Shown: positions 22,107 through 35,627 of the stretch, one piece after another | Layout of the letters: each line of letters begins with the position of its first letter | Numbering within the stretch: position 1 is the stretch's first letter | NCBI GenBank assembly: GCA_037447605.1 | Contig: CM074814.1 | Coordinates: 248,001-312,000 of the forward strand | Source of the DNA: Zygnema circumcarinatum SAG 698-1b | Lineage: Eukaryota; Plantae; Zygnematophyceae | Length of the DNA: 64,000 nt | Reading direction: 5' to 3' | Notes under the pieces: generated by a model | The model's input: the letters and a program-made list of their open reading frames with translations, nothing else | The model's database searches: none | Told to the model about the DNA's origin: nothing | Translations under genes and position numbers: made by a program

Positions 22107-25100
22107 ACTCTTTCTCTCTCCTCTCCTCACCCTCTCCTCTCCTCCCTCTTACACACCACTCTCCCTCTCCCCTCCCTCACTTTGCCTTCCCCTCCCTCCT
22201 GCCTCCTGCACTCCACCACACTCCCCTCCCCTCCCCTCCCCTCCCCTCCACCCTCCCTCCCCTCCCCTCCCTCCCCTCCCTCCCTCACCACCACCTCCCT
22301 CCCCTCCCCTCCCTCCCTCCCTGCACCTCTTCCTCCCCTCCCTCCCCTCCCTCCCTCCCCCTCCCCCTCCCTCCCCTCCCTCCCCTCCCCTCCCCCCCGG
22401 CCTCCACCCCTCCCCTCCCTCCCCTCCCCTCCCTCCCTCCCTCCCCCCCTCCCCTCCTCCTCCCTCCTCCCTCCCTCCCTCCCCTCCCTCCCCTCCCTCC
22501 CTCCCCTCCCCTCCCCCTCCCCTCCCCCTCCCTCCCCTCCCCTCCCCCTCCCCTCACACCTCGCCCTCGCCTCGCCTCCCTCCCTCCCTCCTCCTCCCCC
22601 TCCCCTCCCCTCCCTCCCTCCTCCCTCCCCTCCCCCTCCCCTCTCGCTCTCTATCTCTCTCCCCTCCTTCTCTCCCCCCCTCCCCTCCCCTCCCTACACC
22701 TCCTCTCACTCCACTCCTCCCTCTTCCTCTCCCTCTCCCTCTCCCTGTCCCTCTCCCTCTCTCCCTCTGCACGCCTCCTCGTTCTATCTCTCATTCATTC
22801 ATTCATTCAGAATGTTCAGAATTCAGAATGTTGTGCACTGCGGAGAAAGCAGCATAGGAAGCGCTGCTGGCGTGGCAGCGGGATTTACAGTGAGAGGACC
22901 AGCATCGTGAACGGGTGGGAAGGAGGCAGGAAGGAGAGAAGGGAAAGAAGAGAGAGGATTGGAGAGAATGGCTGAGGGAAGGGCAGAAAACGGAAGGAAG
23001 AGGTGGAGGGATGAAGGAGGGAGGAGGGTAGAAGGCATAGAGATGGTGTGGAGGGAGGCAGGAATGGAGAAGTGGGAAAAGATGAAATAGGGATGCGAGA
23101 CAGTAATATAGTTAATGGAAGGATTGAAGGAAAGTGGGAGAAAAGAGAAAGGGGCTGTGTGAGAGAAACAGTTTGATGGAGCGTTGTTAGGAGAGGGAAA
23201 TGGGAATTGAGGACTGGGGGTAGGAGGAGATTGGGGTGGGTGAGGGTGAGAGGCAGGAACTGCGAGGAGTGATGAGGGAGGAGATGAATGGAGAGAGAGG
23301 GATACTGAGGGAGATAAGGACGTGATAGGTGTGAGAGTCAGGAGTTTCTCCTGGACTAGGGAAAGAGAGGGAAGAAGAGTGAGAGGGAGGGCGATAGGGA
23401 GGAGGGATAGGAGTCATTACGCCCATTCTAATCGTATCAGTGAGTAATCCATGCTTGCACTCAAGCTACAGAACTGAACTTAACTGTAACTGTTACAGTA
23501 ACTGAACAGATTGTTGGGTTTCCATGTGCAGGTGCCATTCTGTGGCAGTACATAGAGCCCGGATTTGTGAACTTCACCTCCCATTGGAACGTGGGCTACT
23601 CGTCCGGCGATCCATGCACAAACTATTTTCCGCACCTCATGGCCGACCCCTCCGGAACCGATGTGGTGTGGCTGTGGAGTGCGCCAAACCTATAGAAAGA
23701 GAGAAGAGCGAAGCAAATAGGAGTAGGAAAGGAGAGAGAGAAAGGGAAAAAAGAGAGAAAAGAAAAAGGAAGAAAAGAGAGAAAGAAAGGAAAAGATAAG
23801 AGAAGAGAAAAAGGAAAGAAAAGAGAAGAAAGAGAAGAAAAGGAAGAGAAAGAGAAAGAGAGAAGAAGAGAAAGAGGAGAAAGAGAGAGAAGAGAGAGAA
23901 AGAGGGAAAGAGGGAAAGAGAAAGAGAAGAAGAGAGAAAGAGAAAGAGAGAGAGAGAAAGGAGAAGGAGAGAGGAAGAAAGAGAAGGGAAAGAAAGAGAG
24001 AAAGAGAAGAAAGAGAGAGAAGAAGAAGAGAAAGAAAGAAAGGAAAGAAAAGAAGAAAAAGAAAAAGAAAAAAAAGAGAAAAAAAAAAGAAGAAAAGAGA
24101 AAGAAAAAAAAAGAAAGAAAAAAGAAGAAAGAAAAAAAAAAAAAAAAAAAAAAAAAAAGAAAAAAGAAGAAAGAAGAAAGAAGAAAGAAGAAAGAAGAAA
24201 GAAGAAAGAAGAAAGAAGAAAGAAGAAAGAAGAAAGAAGAAAGAAGAAAGAAGAAAGAAGAAAGAAAGAAGAAAGAAAAGAGAAAGAGAAGAAAGAGAAG
24301 AAAGAGAGAAGAAGAAAAGGAAAGAAAAGAAAAGAGAAGAAAAGAAAGAAAGAAAGAAAGAANNNNNNNNNNNNNNNNNNNNNNNNNNNNNNNNNNNNNN
24401 NNNNNNNNNNNNNNNNNNNNNNNNNNNNNNNNNNNNNNNNNNNNNNNNNNNNNNNNNNNNNNCTCCCCTGCTCCCCCTCCCCCTCCCCCAACCTGACTCT
24501 CGTTCTATCTCTCATTCATTCATTCATTCAGAATGTTCAGAATTCAGAATGTTGTCACTGCGGAGAAAGCAGCATAGGAAGCGCTGCTGGCGTCAGCAGC
24601 GGTTTACAATTGAGGGGACCAGCATCGTGTGAACGGGTGGGAAGAGGAGGGCGGGAGGGAGAGAGGAGAAGAGAGAGAGAGTTGGAGAGAGGAAGTGAAG
24701 CGAAGGGAAGGGCAGAAAACGAGAGGAAGAGGAGTGGAGGGATGAAGGGCGAGGGAGGAGGGTAGAGATAGGATGGTGTGGAGGGAGGCAGGAGAGTGGA
24801 GAGAGTGGGAAAGAGATGAAGTAGAGGGATGCGAGAGACGGTAATATGGTTAATGGAAGGATTGAAGGAAAGTGGGAGAAAAGAGAAAGGGGCTGTGTGA
24901 GAGAAACAGTTTGATGGAGCGTTGTTAGGAGAGGGAAATGGGAATTGAGGACTGGGGGTAGGAGGAGATTGGGGTGGGTGAGGGTGAGAGGCAGGAACTG
25001 CGAGGAGTGATGAGGGAGGAGATGAATGGAGAGAGAGGGATACTGAGGGAGATAAGGACGTGATAGGTGTGAGAGTCAGGAGTTTCTCCTGGACTAGGGA

Positions 25101-27332
25101 AAGAGAGGGAAGAAGAGTGAGAGGGAGGGCGATAGGGAGGAGGGATAGGAGTCATTACGCCCATTCTAATCGTATCAGTGAGTAATCCATGCTTGCACTC
25201 AAGCTACAGAACTGAACTTAACTGTAACTGTTACAGTAACTGAACAGATTGTTGGGTTTCCATGTGCAGGTGCCATTCTGTGGCAGTACATAGAGCCCGG
25301 ATTTGTGAACTTCACCTCCCATTGGAACGTGGGCTACTCGTCCGGCGATCCATGCACAAACTATTTTCCGCACCTCATGTGCGACCCCTCCAGGACCGAT
25401 GTGGTGTGGCTGTGAGTGCGCCAAACCCTATAGAGAAGGGGAGAGGGGGCGAGCGAGAATGGGAGTGGGGAGAGGGAGAGGGAGAGGGAGAGGGAGAGGG
25501 AGAGGGAGAGGGAGAGGGAGAGGGAGATGGAGAGGGAGAGGAGAGGGAGAGGGAGAGGGAGAGGGAGAGGGAGAGGGAGAGGGAGAGGGAAGAAGGAGAG
25601 GGAGAGGGAGAGGGAGAGGGAGAGGGAGAGGGAGAGGGAGAGGGAGAGGGAGAGGGAGAGGGAGAGGGAGAGGGAGAGGGAGAGGGAGAGGGAGAGGGAG
25701 AGGGAGAGGGAGGGAAGGAGGGAGAGGGAGAGGGAGAGGGAGGGAGAGGGAGAGGGAGAGGGAGAGGGAGAGGGAGAGGGAGAGGGAGAGGGAGAGGGAG
25801 AGGGAGAGGGAGAGGAGAGGGAGAGGGAGAGGGAGAGGGAGAGGGAGAGGGAGAGGGAGAGGGAGAGGGAGAGGGAGAGGGAGAGGGAGAGGAGAGGGAG
25901 AGAGGGAGAGGGAGAGGGAGAGGGAGAGGGAGAGGGAGAGGAGAGGGAGAGGGAGAGGGAGAGGGAGAGGAAGAGAGAAGGAGAGGGAGAGGGAGAGGGA
26001 GAGGGAGAGGGAGAGGGAGAGGGAGAGGGAGAGGGAGAGGGAGAGGGAGAGGGAGGGAGAGGGAGAGGGAGAGAGCGGGAGAGGGAGAGAGAGAGAGGGA
26101 GAGGGAGAGGGAGAGGAGAGGAGAGAGAGAGGAGAGGAGAGGGAGAGGGAGAGGGAGAGGGAGAGAGGGAGGGAGAGGGAGAGGAGAGGGAGAGGGAGAG
26201 GGAGAGGGAGAGGAGAGAGAGGGAGAGGGAGAGAGGAGAGGGAGAGGGAGAGGGAGAGGGAGAGGAGAGGGAGAGGGAGAGAGGAAGAGGGAGAGAGGGA
26301 GAGGGAGAGAGGGAGGGAGAGGGAGAGGGAGAGGGAGGAAGAGGGAGAGGGAGGGAGAGGGAGAGGGAGAGGGAGAGGGAGAGGGAGAGGGAGAGAGAGG
26401 GAGAGGGAGAGGGAGAGGGAGAGGGAGAGAGGGAGAGGGAGAGGAGAGGGAGAGGGAGAGGGAGAGGAAAGAGAGGGAGAGGGAGAGGGAGAGGGAGAGG
26501 GAGAGGGAAGAGGGAGAGGGAGAGGGAGAAGGAGAGGGAGAGAGGGAGAGGGAGAGGGAGAGGAGAGAGAGGGAGAGGAGAGGAGAGAGGAGAGGGAGAG
26601 GGAGAGGAAAGGGAGAGAGAGAAAAGAGAGAGAGAGAGAGAAAGAGAGCAGAGGAGAGAGGGAGATGCGGGGAGGGAGAGGGAGAGGGAGAGGAAAGAGA
26701 GGGAGTGCGAGAGGGCAGAGGAGAGGAGAGAGAGGAGATGCGGGGAGGAGTGTAACGTCAACCAGAGAAAAATGGTTCTGTCAGGAGAGGGAAAGGAGTG
26801 GAAAAGAGGGAGAGGGAGAGGAGAAGGATGGAGGGAGGGGGTGTGTAGAGAGGGGAAGGTGGGGGCAGAAGGGAAGAGCAGACAGAAAAGGGGGAGGGAG
26901 AGGGAAAAAGGAAGCGAACGTGGACGGACGGGAGTGAGGGGGGAGATGGAGGGGGGAGTGGGAGAGGCTGGGAGTAGATGGGAGAGAGAGAAGGGAAGAA
27001 GGAGAGGAGAGAGAGGGAGAGAAGGAAGTTGAGGAAGTGAGAACGAGGAAGAGAGAGAGGGGGGCTCAAGGGCTCGGAAAGAAATGAAAGAGCTTGAAAG
27101 CGTTGCAGCTAAGAGGACTACTCCTTTGGCTTCTCAAGAAAGTAGATTTTGGGCTATAGGGCTTCAAGTATTCAAGGAATTTAGGATATACGAGATTGGG
27201 GATTTAAAAAATTAGGGTTTGTGGGTCAATGACTGAATCGTTCCTGTCGTTTGCAGGAACTTAGCCGGTCTCAATTTGAGGGGCCACTTGGTAAAGGAGA
27301 TTGCGAACCTAACTGCTCTCCAGAAACTGTGA

Positions 27333-27380
<48 letters not shown>

Positions 27381-29169
27381 CTATATGTCCCTCCCTCTCT
27401 TCCCCTATTTCTATGGTGCATTTTTATTTATCCTCGTTTTATTCTTTCTCCTGATGTACACTGAAGGTGAGGAAGGATTTTGGATTGGGTTGGATGTGTG
27501 GGTTGTTGCGGATGGTTTTGCAGATGGGTCCAAAACAACCACATTTCCGGGGACATTGTAGGTTTCTCTTTCTCGTTCTCTCCCACTCTCTCTCGTTCGC
27601 TCTCTCTTCTCTCCCCCCTCTCGTTCCCGTCTCTCCTCTCCTCCTTCCTTGCTACTCTCCCATCTCTCGCTCTGCCCCACTTTCTCCCCTCTCCTCGTCT
27701 CCCCGCTTCTTTCTCTCCAAACTTTCTGCTCTCTCTCTCTCTCTCTGTCTTCTACCTTCCTTGGCATTTCCATCCTCTCTCCTCCTCCCCCTCCCTCTCT
27801 TTCCACCTACCCTCCCTTTCTCCCCCCCCCCCCTTCCCCTCTCCCTAGCCCCTCCACTCCTCGTCTCCTTCCCTCTCCCACCTCCTCTCCTCCCTCTCCT
27901 CCCCCTCCCCCTCACTCTCTCTCTCTCCTCTCTCCCCCTCCTGACCCATCCCGAATTTCCCCTGCAGCCTGCCTCAGTGGGCAACATGAAGCAGCTGCAG
28001 TGGCTCGATTTGAGCAGCAATAATTTCAGCGGCGAAATTCCCCCCTCCCTCGGCCACCTCCCTAACCTGCTCAAATTGTGAGTGAAAAATTCCGATTTAG
28101 AGATTTCCGTTTTCCATTTTCGGAATTGGAAACTTGGGGAGGAGAGTAATAGAGTGGGAGTGGGAGAGAGAGAGAGAGATTGAGAGAGAGAGAGAAAGAG
28201 AGACTAATAACTCCCTCTACACGTCATGCTGTCATCTATGGCTTGACTAAATCTCTCTCTCCCCTCTCCCTCGCTCTCTCCCTCTCTCTCTCTCTCCCTT
28301 TCTCTCTCTCTCTATCCTTTACGTGCAGGAATTTATCGTACAACGATCTATCGGGCTCCATTCCCGAGGAGCTTCATTCTTTCTGTTCATCGTAAGCACA
28401 TTTTCCTTTTACGTCTATTTGCTTCGTTTCCTAACCTCTATAACCCCTAAAAAAAATCAATTTTTTTCGGTTTTTTTTTTCCCTTTAATCCCAAATTTTC
28501 CCTGTTTTGTCTTTACCGTACTTTTCTGCAGAGGTGCTTTTGATGGCAATCTCAGACTGGACATGTCTCCCTGCCGAGGTACTGCACCCCTCGATAAAGT
28601 CAACTAGTCGTGTTCCCCCTCTTAACTTTACACCTGTCCTTATCCTTCGGAAACCCTAACCCTAAAAATGAATGGAACCCTTTGAAGCGTTCTTGAACAA
28701 CCAACCACCCATTGCACGTTTATTCCCTCTCTCTCCCTCTCTCTCCCTCTCTCTCCCTCTCTCTCCCTTCGCTCCCTCTCTCCCACTCTCCCTTTCTCTC
28801 CTTTTGATCATCTTTTTAAAAGCAAATCCTGTGATGACTACAGTATAAAACATCTTCAGCAACATGTATCAGTAATATTTCAATTAACTTAAAGAAGGAA
28901 CAGTAATATTCCTACAAATTGTAGTATTCTTTTCTAACATTCTTTGTACTACTATGTATATGTACTTTCTTTTTTTTCGCAGTCCTAGAGCCCTCTCTCT
29001 CTCCCTCTCCCTGGCTACGAGGGCTGACGGCGGCGTTGGGAGTGGTGGTAATTTGCGGAGCACTACTTCTTGCTCTGTGGCTCTGCGTGAGAGGGCCGGG
29101 GAGGGAGGGGAGAGAGGAGGGAGGAGAAAAAGGCTCGCTCCTCATTGGACTGCAGACGCGCGGAAAAGG

Positions 29170-29222
<53 letters not shown>

Positions 29223-29952
29223 TGGCAGGTTTTGGCTTCCTTCGCTCTTCCCTTCCCCCGCTTTCTCTCTTCCTTTCCCTCCGTACTTTTCCACAAGCCA
29301 TCCCCTCTCTTAGAGCTCTCCATCCCTCCTCACTCCCGCCCCTCTTCCTTCTCCCTCTCCCTTCCCTCTCCCCCATCACTCTCTCACCCTCCCCTCCCTC
29401 CCTCTCACTCCCTTCCTTCCCTCTCTCCTTCCCCTCTCTCTCACCCTCCCCTCCCCCTCTCTCACCCCCTCCCTTACCTTTCCCCCCCTCTCTCACTCCC
29501 ACCCTCCCCTCCCTCTCCCTTCCCCCCTTCCCTTCCTACCCCTCCTCGTCTCTTTTCCCTCCCTCTCTTCACCTTCTCTCCACCACTTTCTCTCTCCCAC
29601 TCTCCCCTCCCCCTCTCTCAACCCCGCCCCTCTCTCCCCCCACTCTCTCTCCCTCTCCCTTTCCCTCTTCACCCTCTCCCAACCCCTTTCACTCTCCCCC
29701 CCTCCCCCCCCCCATCTCAACCCCTCCCCTCTCTCCCCCCACTCTCTCCCCCCTCTCCCTCTCCCTCTCCCTCTCCCTCTCCCTCTCCCTCTCCCTCTCC
29801 CTCCCTCCCGCAGCCCCCCAGCACGGCCGCCTGCAGCGTCTCTCTCTCATGGAGGTTGCGGCGGCGACCGCGGGGTCGGTCGCGTTGGCGGAGGGACTCG
29901 CCAAGGGGACGCTGCCGGAGGGCCGCCAAGTCACGATCAGGAGGCTCGAGGT

Positions 29953-30003
<51 letters not shown>

Positions 30004-30989
30004 AGGGAGGGAGGGGGGGAGGGGGAGGGGGGAGGGGGGAGGGGGGAGAGAGGGAGGGAGGGGGGAGGGGGGTGCAGTGCAATGTTGTGCAACCCGATGC
30101 ATCACGTACATCACAGGGAGGAAGGAGGGAGAGTGCGAGATGGAGCAGGAGCAAGGTCAAGAGAGAGAGGGGGAGAGAGAGAGAGTCAGAGAGAGAGAGA
30201 GAGAGAAAGAGAAAGCGCACTATCTGAGCATCCTCCCTCTCCCTCCCTCTCTCCCTCCCTCCAGGGCCCCCTCCTGGCGATGTGCGTGGAGAAGTTCACA
30301 AATGCGGAAGGAATGTGCTCTGCACAAACGCCTCCTGTGCACATGAGGAGGCACACCACAGCACTCACTGTCGCAACGAACCTCTACCTGTCTCTGCCTC
30401 CTCTCGTCTGTCCTGCGCCTTCTCTTCTCTCAGCCTGCCTTCTCCTCTCTCTCTCTCTCTCTCTCACTCTCTCTCTCTCTCTCTCTCTCTCTATTTTGTT
30501 TTATTCATTCGTCTAGTCCAAATAGAAAGTGGTTATTCTCCTTTTTATTCATCTATTTTTTTATCCCCTTCTTTTCGGATGGAATCGGGGGAAAAAGTTT
30601 GTTGGTATAACGTACGGACGAGATTTGAATTTGCAGGAGGTTCCATGGAGCCGATTCCGTTGCAGGTTCGGCCAATCATTGCGCGCGACGTGGCAGAGGG
30701 TTTGTCGTATTTGCACTGCGGCTGTGAGCCTCCGCTGCTGCACCGGAATTTCAAGGTCAGAAGATGGGCTATTTTTGTAAATGTTTTTAGAAGTTGAGAA
30801 TTTATGAATTTTGGAAGGAATTAGAGTTTGGAGGGAATGTGGGGTTGTGGGGTTTTTAGATTTTTTTTGGGTCCTTGGATTCCTCTTTGGAGCATGCAAA
30901 TGATGGAGGGGAAATTTTCTCCCTGTTCAGGGCTATGTTTGAGAAGAAAATGACTTTGAAATCTCATATTATCAAACTTTGCGTCTCTT

Positions 30990-31065
<76 letters not shown>

Positions 31066-31602
31066 CTCTTTCTCCTCCTCCCTCTCCCCCCCCCCAACAG
31101 CCGGAGAAGGTGCTGCTGGGAGTGGACTACCGGGCAGTGGTCGCATACTCGTACTTTGGACGGCAAAGCGGAGAGGCGAAGGGAGGGGAGACTGCGAGAC
31201 TGGCTCCAGGTGGGAGAGGGAGAGGGAGAGGGAGAGGGAGAGAGAGGGGAGGGAGAGGGGGTCGGGAGAGGGGGAGGAAGGGAGGGGGAGGGGGAGGAGC
31301 GAGAGAGAGGGGGAGGCGGAGAGAGGGGAGGGAGAGGGGGTCGGGAGAGGGGGAGGGGGAGGCGGGAGGAAGAGGAAGTGGGAGGAAGGGAGGGGGAGGG
31401 GGAGGGGGTGGAGCGAGAGAGAGGGGGAGGGGGAGAGAAGGGGGGGAAGAGGAGGAGAGAAGGTGGGAGAGGGGCAGAGGAGACGGAAAGGATGGGGGAG
31501 GTGGAGAGAGGCGAGAGGTGAGAGAGGAAGAGGGATCGAGAGAAGGAGAGAGAAAGTCAATAAAGAGAGAAAGGCGAGAGGAGAGGGAGTGAGAGAGAGG
31601 TG

Positions 31603-31638
<36 letters not shown>

Positions 31639-32043
31639 GAGAGAGAAAGAGAGAGGCCCACTTATATCCTCCTATCGGTCGCTGCTTTGCAGAGCTGCGC
31701 AAGGAGGGAGTCGCTTCCCAAAAGACGGACGTGTACGCATTTGGAGTGTTTTTGGCGGAATTAGTTTTGGGTCGCTCGTTAACTGCGCACATAGAAACGC
31801 TTTCAGCTGCAGGCTCCACTCTTCAAGAATGGGTACGCCGCAAACATTCCGAGTCCCGTACTGATTTCTACTAAGGCCCCATGCATTCACAGGCTTCACG
31901 TCTTCTACAAGTAGGACCACCTTTCACACACACACGCACACTACTTCTCTCTCTCCCTCTCTCTCTCCCTCTCTCACCCTCCTCTCTCGCTCTGTCCCTC
32001 TTTCTTCCGTTGCAGATCTCTCTCTCATTCTCCCTTCTCTCAT

Positions 32044-32079
<36 letters not shown>

Positions 32080-32600
32080 TTTCTCTCTCCTACCTCCTCC
32101 TCCTCCTCCTCCTCTCCTCTCGTCCTCTCTCTCTCACTCTCTCCCTCTCTCATCCTCCTCACACTCGCTCTCTCCCTCTTTCTCTCTCGCAGATTTCCCT
32201 TCTCATAGAACGCGGAGGAGTGGAGGCAGAGATGGAGATGGAGCCCTTGGGAGCTCAGTCCTATGGAGCCATCTCTTGGAAACTGAAGCACTGCCTCAAC
32301 CAGCTGCTCCATGTGGCAGTTCTCTGTTTGGCAGAGAGTCCGGAACAACGCTTAACTATGGCGGAGTGCACCTTCAAACTGAAGGAGGAGGATGTGAGAG
32401 AGCACTGGGGGAGGTGGAGGAGTCAGGATTCCGTCTCTCTCGCCATTCCGGAGTATTTGGAAACTCTCATTCTCCCAAACACGAAGAATTCGAGTGAAGC
32501 AGTTCAACCGGAATCCGTTACACGGAGCGGATTCTTTGGTTCTATGTTGAAATTTGGGGACTCGGTGGCAGGGAGGCTGCTCGGAGAGAGGCGAGTTTGA
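22007..32600 (+). CDS. SERK/LRR-II-like leucine-rich-repeat receptor pseudokinase
   Basis: Exons 22007-22094 (signal peptide, ends NPNEG), 25270-25411 (W..DPC..HLMCD LRR cap; faulty duplicate at 23532), 27257-27328, 27524-27557, 27968-28077, 28329-28391, 28532-28578 (LRRs), 28983-29168 (SPSP plus TM), 29814-29950 (no G-loop, VTIR), an unresolved exon or exons at about 30078-30400, 30637-30755 (YLH..HRNFK), 31101-31209 ([12 protein letters not shown]), 31693-31832 (E..KTDVYAFG) and 32193-32600. The N-lobe middle is uncertain. Confidence 0.8.
22107..24362. repeat. Long polypyrimidine (CCCTCC-type, about 22107-22780) and polypurine (GAAA/GAA-type, about 23690-24362) tracts in the RLK intron
   Basis: Low-complexity tracts read directly; the purine tract ends at the 100-N gap. 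Confidence 0.9.
22790..25420. repeat. Second gap-flanking duplication (about 22790-23680 versus 24500-25420; probable assembly artefact)
   Basis: Offset 1738 in the near-identical core (about 23110-23640). The flanks differ by many indels, as error-prone reads would. It duplicates RLK exon 2; only the second copy keeps frame and the GT donor. Confidence 0.8.
25450..26760. repeat. Approximately 1.3-kb (GAGAGG)n polypurine satellite in RLK intron 2
   Basis: Almost pure purine strand; it produces the spurious RE/GE/RG and LS/SP ORFs in the track. Confidence 0.95.
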
Positions 32601-34144
32601 GGGAGAGAATTTCGGAGCGAAGCATGGAGAGGGAAGGAGGATTTCCGTTCCGTTTTCTGTAAGCGGTTCAATCTGCTCTATGCGTTCCCCGTTCGCTGTG
32701 AACGAGTCTCCGTTGGGCACTACAGAAAGGGGAACTGTTTTGAGCTATCTCCGTTTCAGTCCCACCTCCTCTCTGACAGTGTCACCGCTGTTTCAGTTCA
32801 GTTCAGTTCTACTTGACTGACATAAAGTATAAAGACGAGAATTATCCTTCTTAAATTAGTTTCCATGAAACCAGTTCTAATTTCTCCGTTCCTTTTTATG
32901 TTCCCCTTTTTAATGCTGGTCCAGTGTTGATCTTGTAGTTCTGAACGAGTTGGGCTAATAAATTACTCTACTTACTGGGAAAAAAGCGTAGTTTTTGACC
33001 GCTTTTTGAAGTTAAGGAAAAACTGCTTCTTAGTCATCAGAAATGACGAACTAACAAGGGGTCAAGGGTTAGCAGGGGAGGGTCAGGGAAAGGAAACAAA
33101 ATGACAAATCACTTATTTACAGCCATCTTGAAATGTGTTTTGATTTATACTTTTATTTATTCATTTTCTGTTGTTGATGATCGAGAAACCAGATTTTTCT
33201 TTCTCCTTTCTTCCTTATACACGAAGGCGCAAAACGAAGTTAGTTTTCTTAAGTAAGTGTTTTGAGTTTGTTGGTGGAGGCAGCCTTATCCTTTCAGAAA
33301 AAAAAGAGTTGGCATCTCTGTGACTGTCTTAAGCTATCAGTATTTTTTGATAATCCATGAATTCGTTCGGGTATGATGTTTATGAGTTTCTCCTCCTGAT
33401 AAACTGCAACTGAAAGCATGCCATGGACAAGGGCTCCCTGAGTATAAAGCATGTGGCTTTTCCATTGGTACACGTCACTCAAATGCAGACGACATCACTA
33501 CAGTAAAATGATTGGGAGAGGAGAGGAGACGAGAGGAAGCAAGGGAGAAAGGGGGGAGGGAGAGAATGAGGGGGAGAGGGAGAGTGTGAGAGAGGAGAGA
33601 GAGAGAAAGGGAGAGACAGGCGGGCAGGCAGGCAGGCAGACAGACGGACAGAGTCAGAGACAAAAATAACGAGAGAGTGAAGAGAACGAAAGGACAAGTA
33701 GCAGTTGGCAAATAGCAAGGAATCAACACAACACGTGGCATGAAACATGCAGCCAGACACATAACATGGAACAATAGAACGACTAACATGATATGGAATA
33801 GAGCAAGGTGAGAGATACACCTTTGATGACGTGGCACGAACAAAACCTCTTCTGAAATAGAACTTTTAAAATAATAAACTAAACTGGTGACAGAGCACAG
33901 GCCATTTCCGATTCTCCTTCCTCCCTTTCAACCAAGGGGTCCTTTTCCGAACAAAGAACCCGCGCAAACACGGACGCATGTAAGTAGACAGCCCCATTCT
34001 AAATGTACAAACGACCAATCCCAACAGCCCAAACTTAATCCCAAAAACTAAAGAAAACCCAAAATTCTATCTAACAAGGTTAAACCCACATTCTTCCTAA
34101 ACCCACATTCCCTCCCCCTTCGATTTCTTTTTGAACCCAACTCT

Positions 34145-35592
34145 CTACCTCGGTCCTGAAAGATCCATCGGATAAATCTCACTAACATGTATCATCACAT
34201 CGTCAGCGGATTCCACCGATCCACTCCACTTTTCTCCATGCGGGCTGTTGAACGGTTCAACGTCTCGTCGAGCCGCATCCTGCATGGGATACCATCTCTG
34301 ATTCTGCCAACGGTTCCACCTCTCCTCAATTCCTTCTCCCCTCAAAACGCTGCGGCATTCCCTCATATTGGGGCGATCCTCCGGAAGCTCCTGCATGCAT
34401 AGAACCGATAACTGCAACAGCTTCTCTAACTGATGCAGAGATTCCGGTGTAACATCCCTTGGAGAGTCTATGGCGTCTGCCGTACGGCCCTGCTGAAGCA
34501 CTCCTATCACCTGTGGGAGGAGGAAGGAGCCAAATAGAGAGTATATCAAACCGAATGATTTTAGGGATTATTGGAATGTATGAGGTTGAGGATTAGCATT
34601 GCATGCATGATTTGGTTGATGCTTTTTGGGGATTCAACGAGTTGCAGCTTTCTCTCCTCACATCTCTCGCCATCTCTCTGCGTGTGTAAGAAAAAGTGAG
34701 AGAAAGAGGGTCAAGCAGGCCTACAGGGAGAGCGGGAGTGAAAGAGAGGAAGGGGGACAAGAAAGAGTAAGTGAAAGACAGGGGAGAGGGAGAGAGGCGC
34801 GACACGGAGAGACCGAGGGAGAGGGAAACGGAGAAAGGGGAGGGAGGGAGTGATGGGGGAGAAAGGGACAATCGGAGGGAAAGGGAGAAAGGGGAGAGGG
34901 AAGTGGGGAGAGGGAAGTGTGGAGAGGGGAGAGGGGAGAGAGGAGAGGGGAGAGGGGAGAGAGGAGAGGGGAGAGGGGAGAGAGGAGGGGAGAGTAGGGA
35001 GAGGGGAGAGGGGAGAGAGGAGAGGGGAGTGGGAGAGGGGAGAGGGGAGAGTGGAGAGGGGGGAGAGGAGAGGGGAGTGGGGAGAGCAGAGGGAGGGCGG
35101 AAGGAGGGAGGAGGGAGGGAGATATAGGGACTCACCCACTCCTGAACAGTGCAGTCTTCTTCCGTGAACTTCTCAAAGTAGTCGGCCATGCGAACTCCAA
35201 TCACGAGCTCGACCAGAAACACTCCAAAAGCATAGGTATCTGTCTTCTCCGAAACCTCACCCGACATGTGATATTCTGCACATGGAAATCCGAGGCAGCT
35301 TTTTGGTGACCTTATTGTTTTGAACTTACATTCTGGTTACAGTCAATCCTAACTGCTATTCAGAGATCGCGTATATCGCCGTATCACACAAGAAATAACC
35401 AAAATTTGACTTCTTTTCTTCTTCCTAATTGGCATTACCTGGTGCGATGTATCCAACTGTACCACGCAGTGCTGTCATTTTCTGCTCCCCTTCGTTCCGC
35501 TCTCTCTGGAAAAATTTGGCAAGCCCGAAGTCCGATACAAAAGGCCGGTAATCCGAATCGAGGAGCACATTGTCCACCTGAGAGGACGAGGG

Positions 35593-35627
<35 letters not shown>

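Noticed and set aside
22858-22925. Alternative LRR-cap exon ([17 protein letters not shown])
   Set aside because: It needs a frameshift, its possible acceptor is out of phase with exon 1, and the duplicate at about 24580 differs by many indels. The sequence quality is too low to call.
25262-27032. ORFs of 466-512 aa rich in RE, GE, RG or LS/SP
   Set aside because: They are translations of the stop-free (GAGAGG)n tract. Only 25270-25411 (RLK exon 2) is coding. The same applies to many other low-complexity ORFs in the track.
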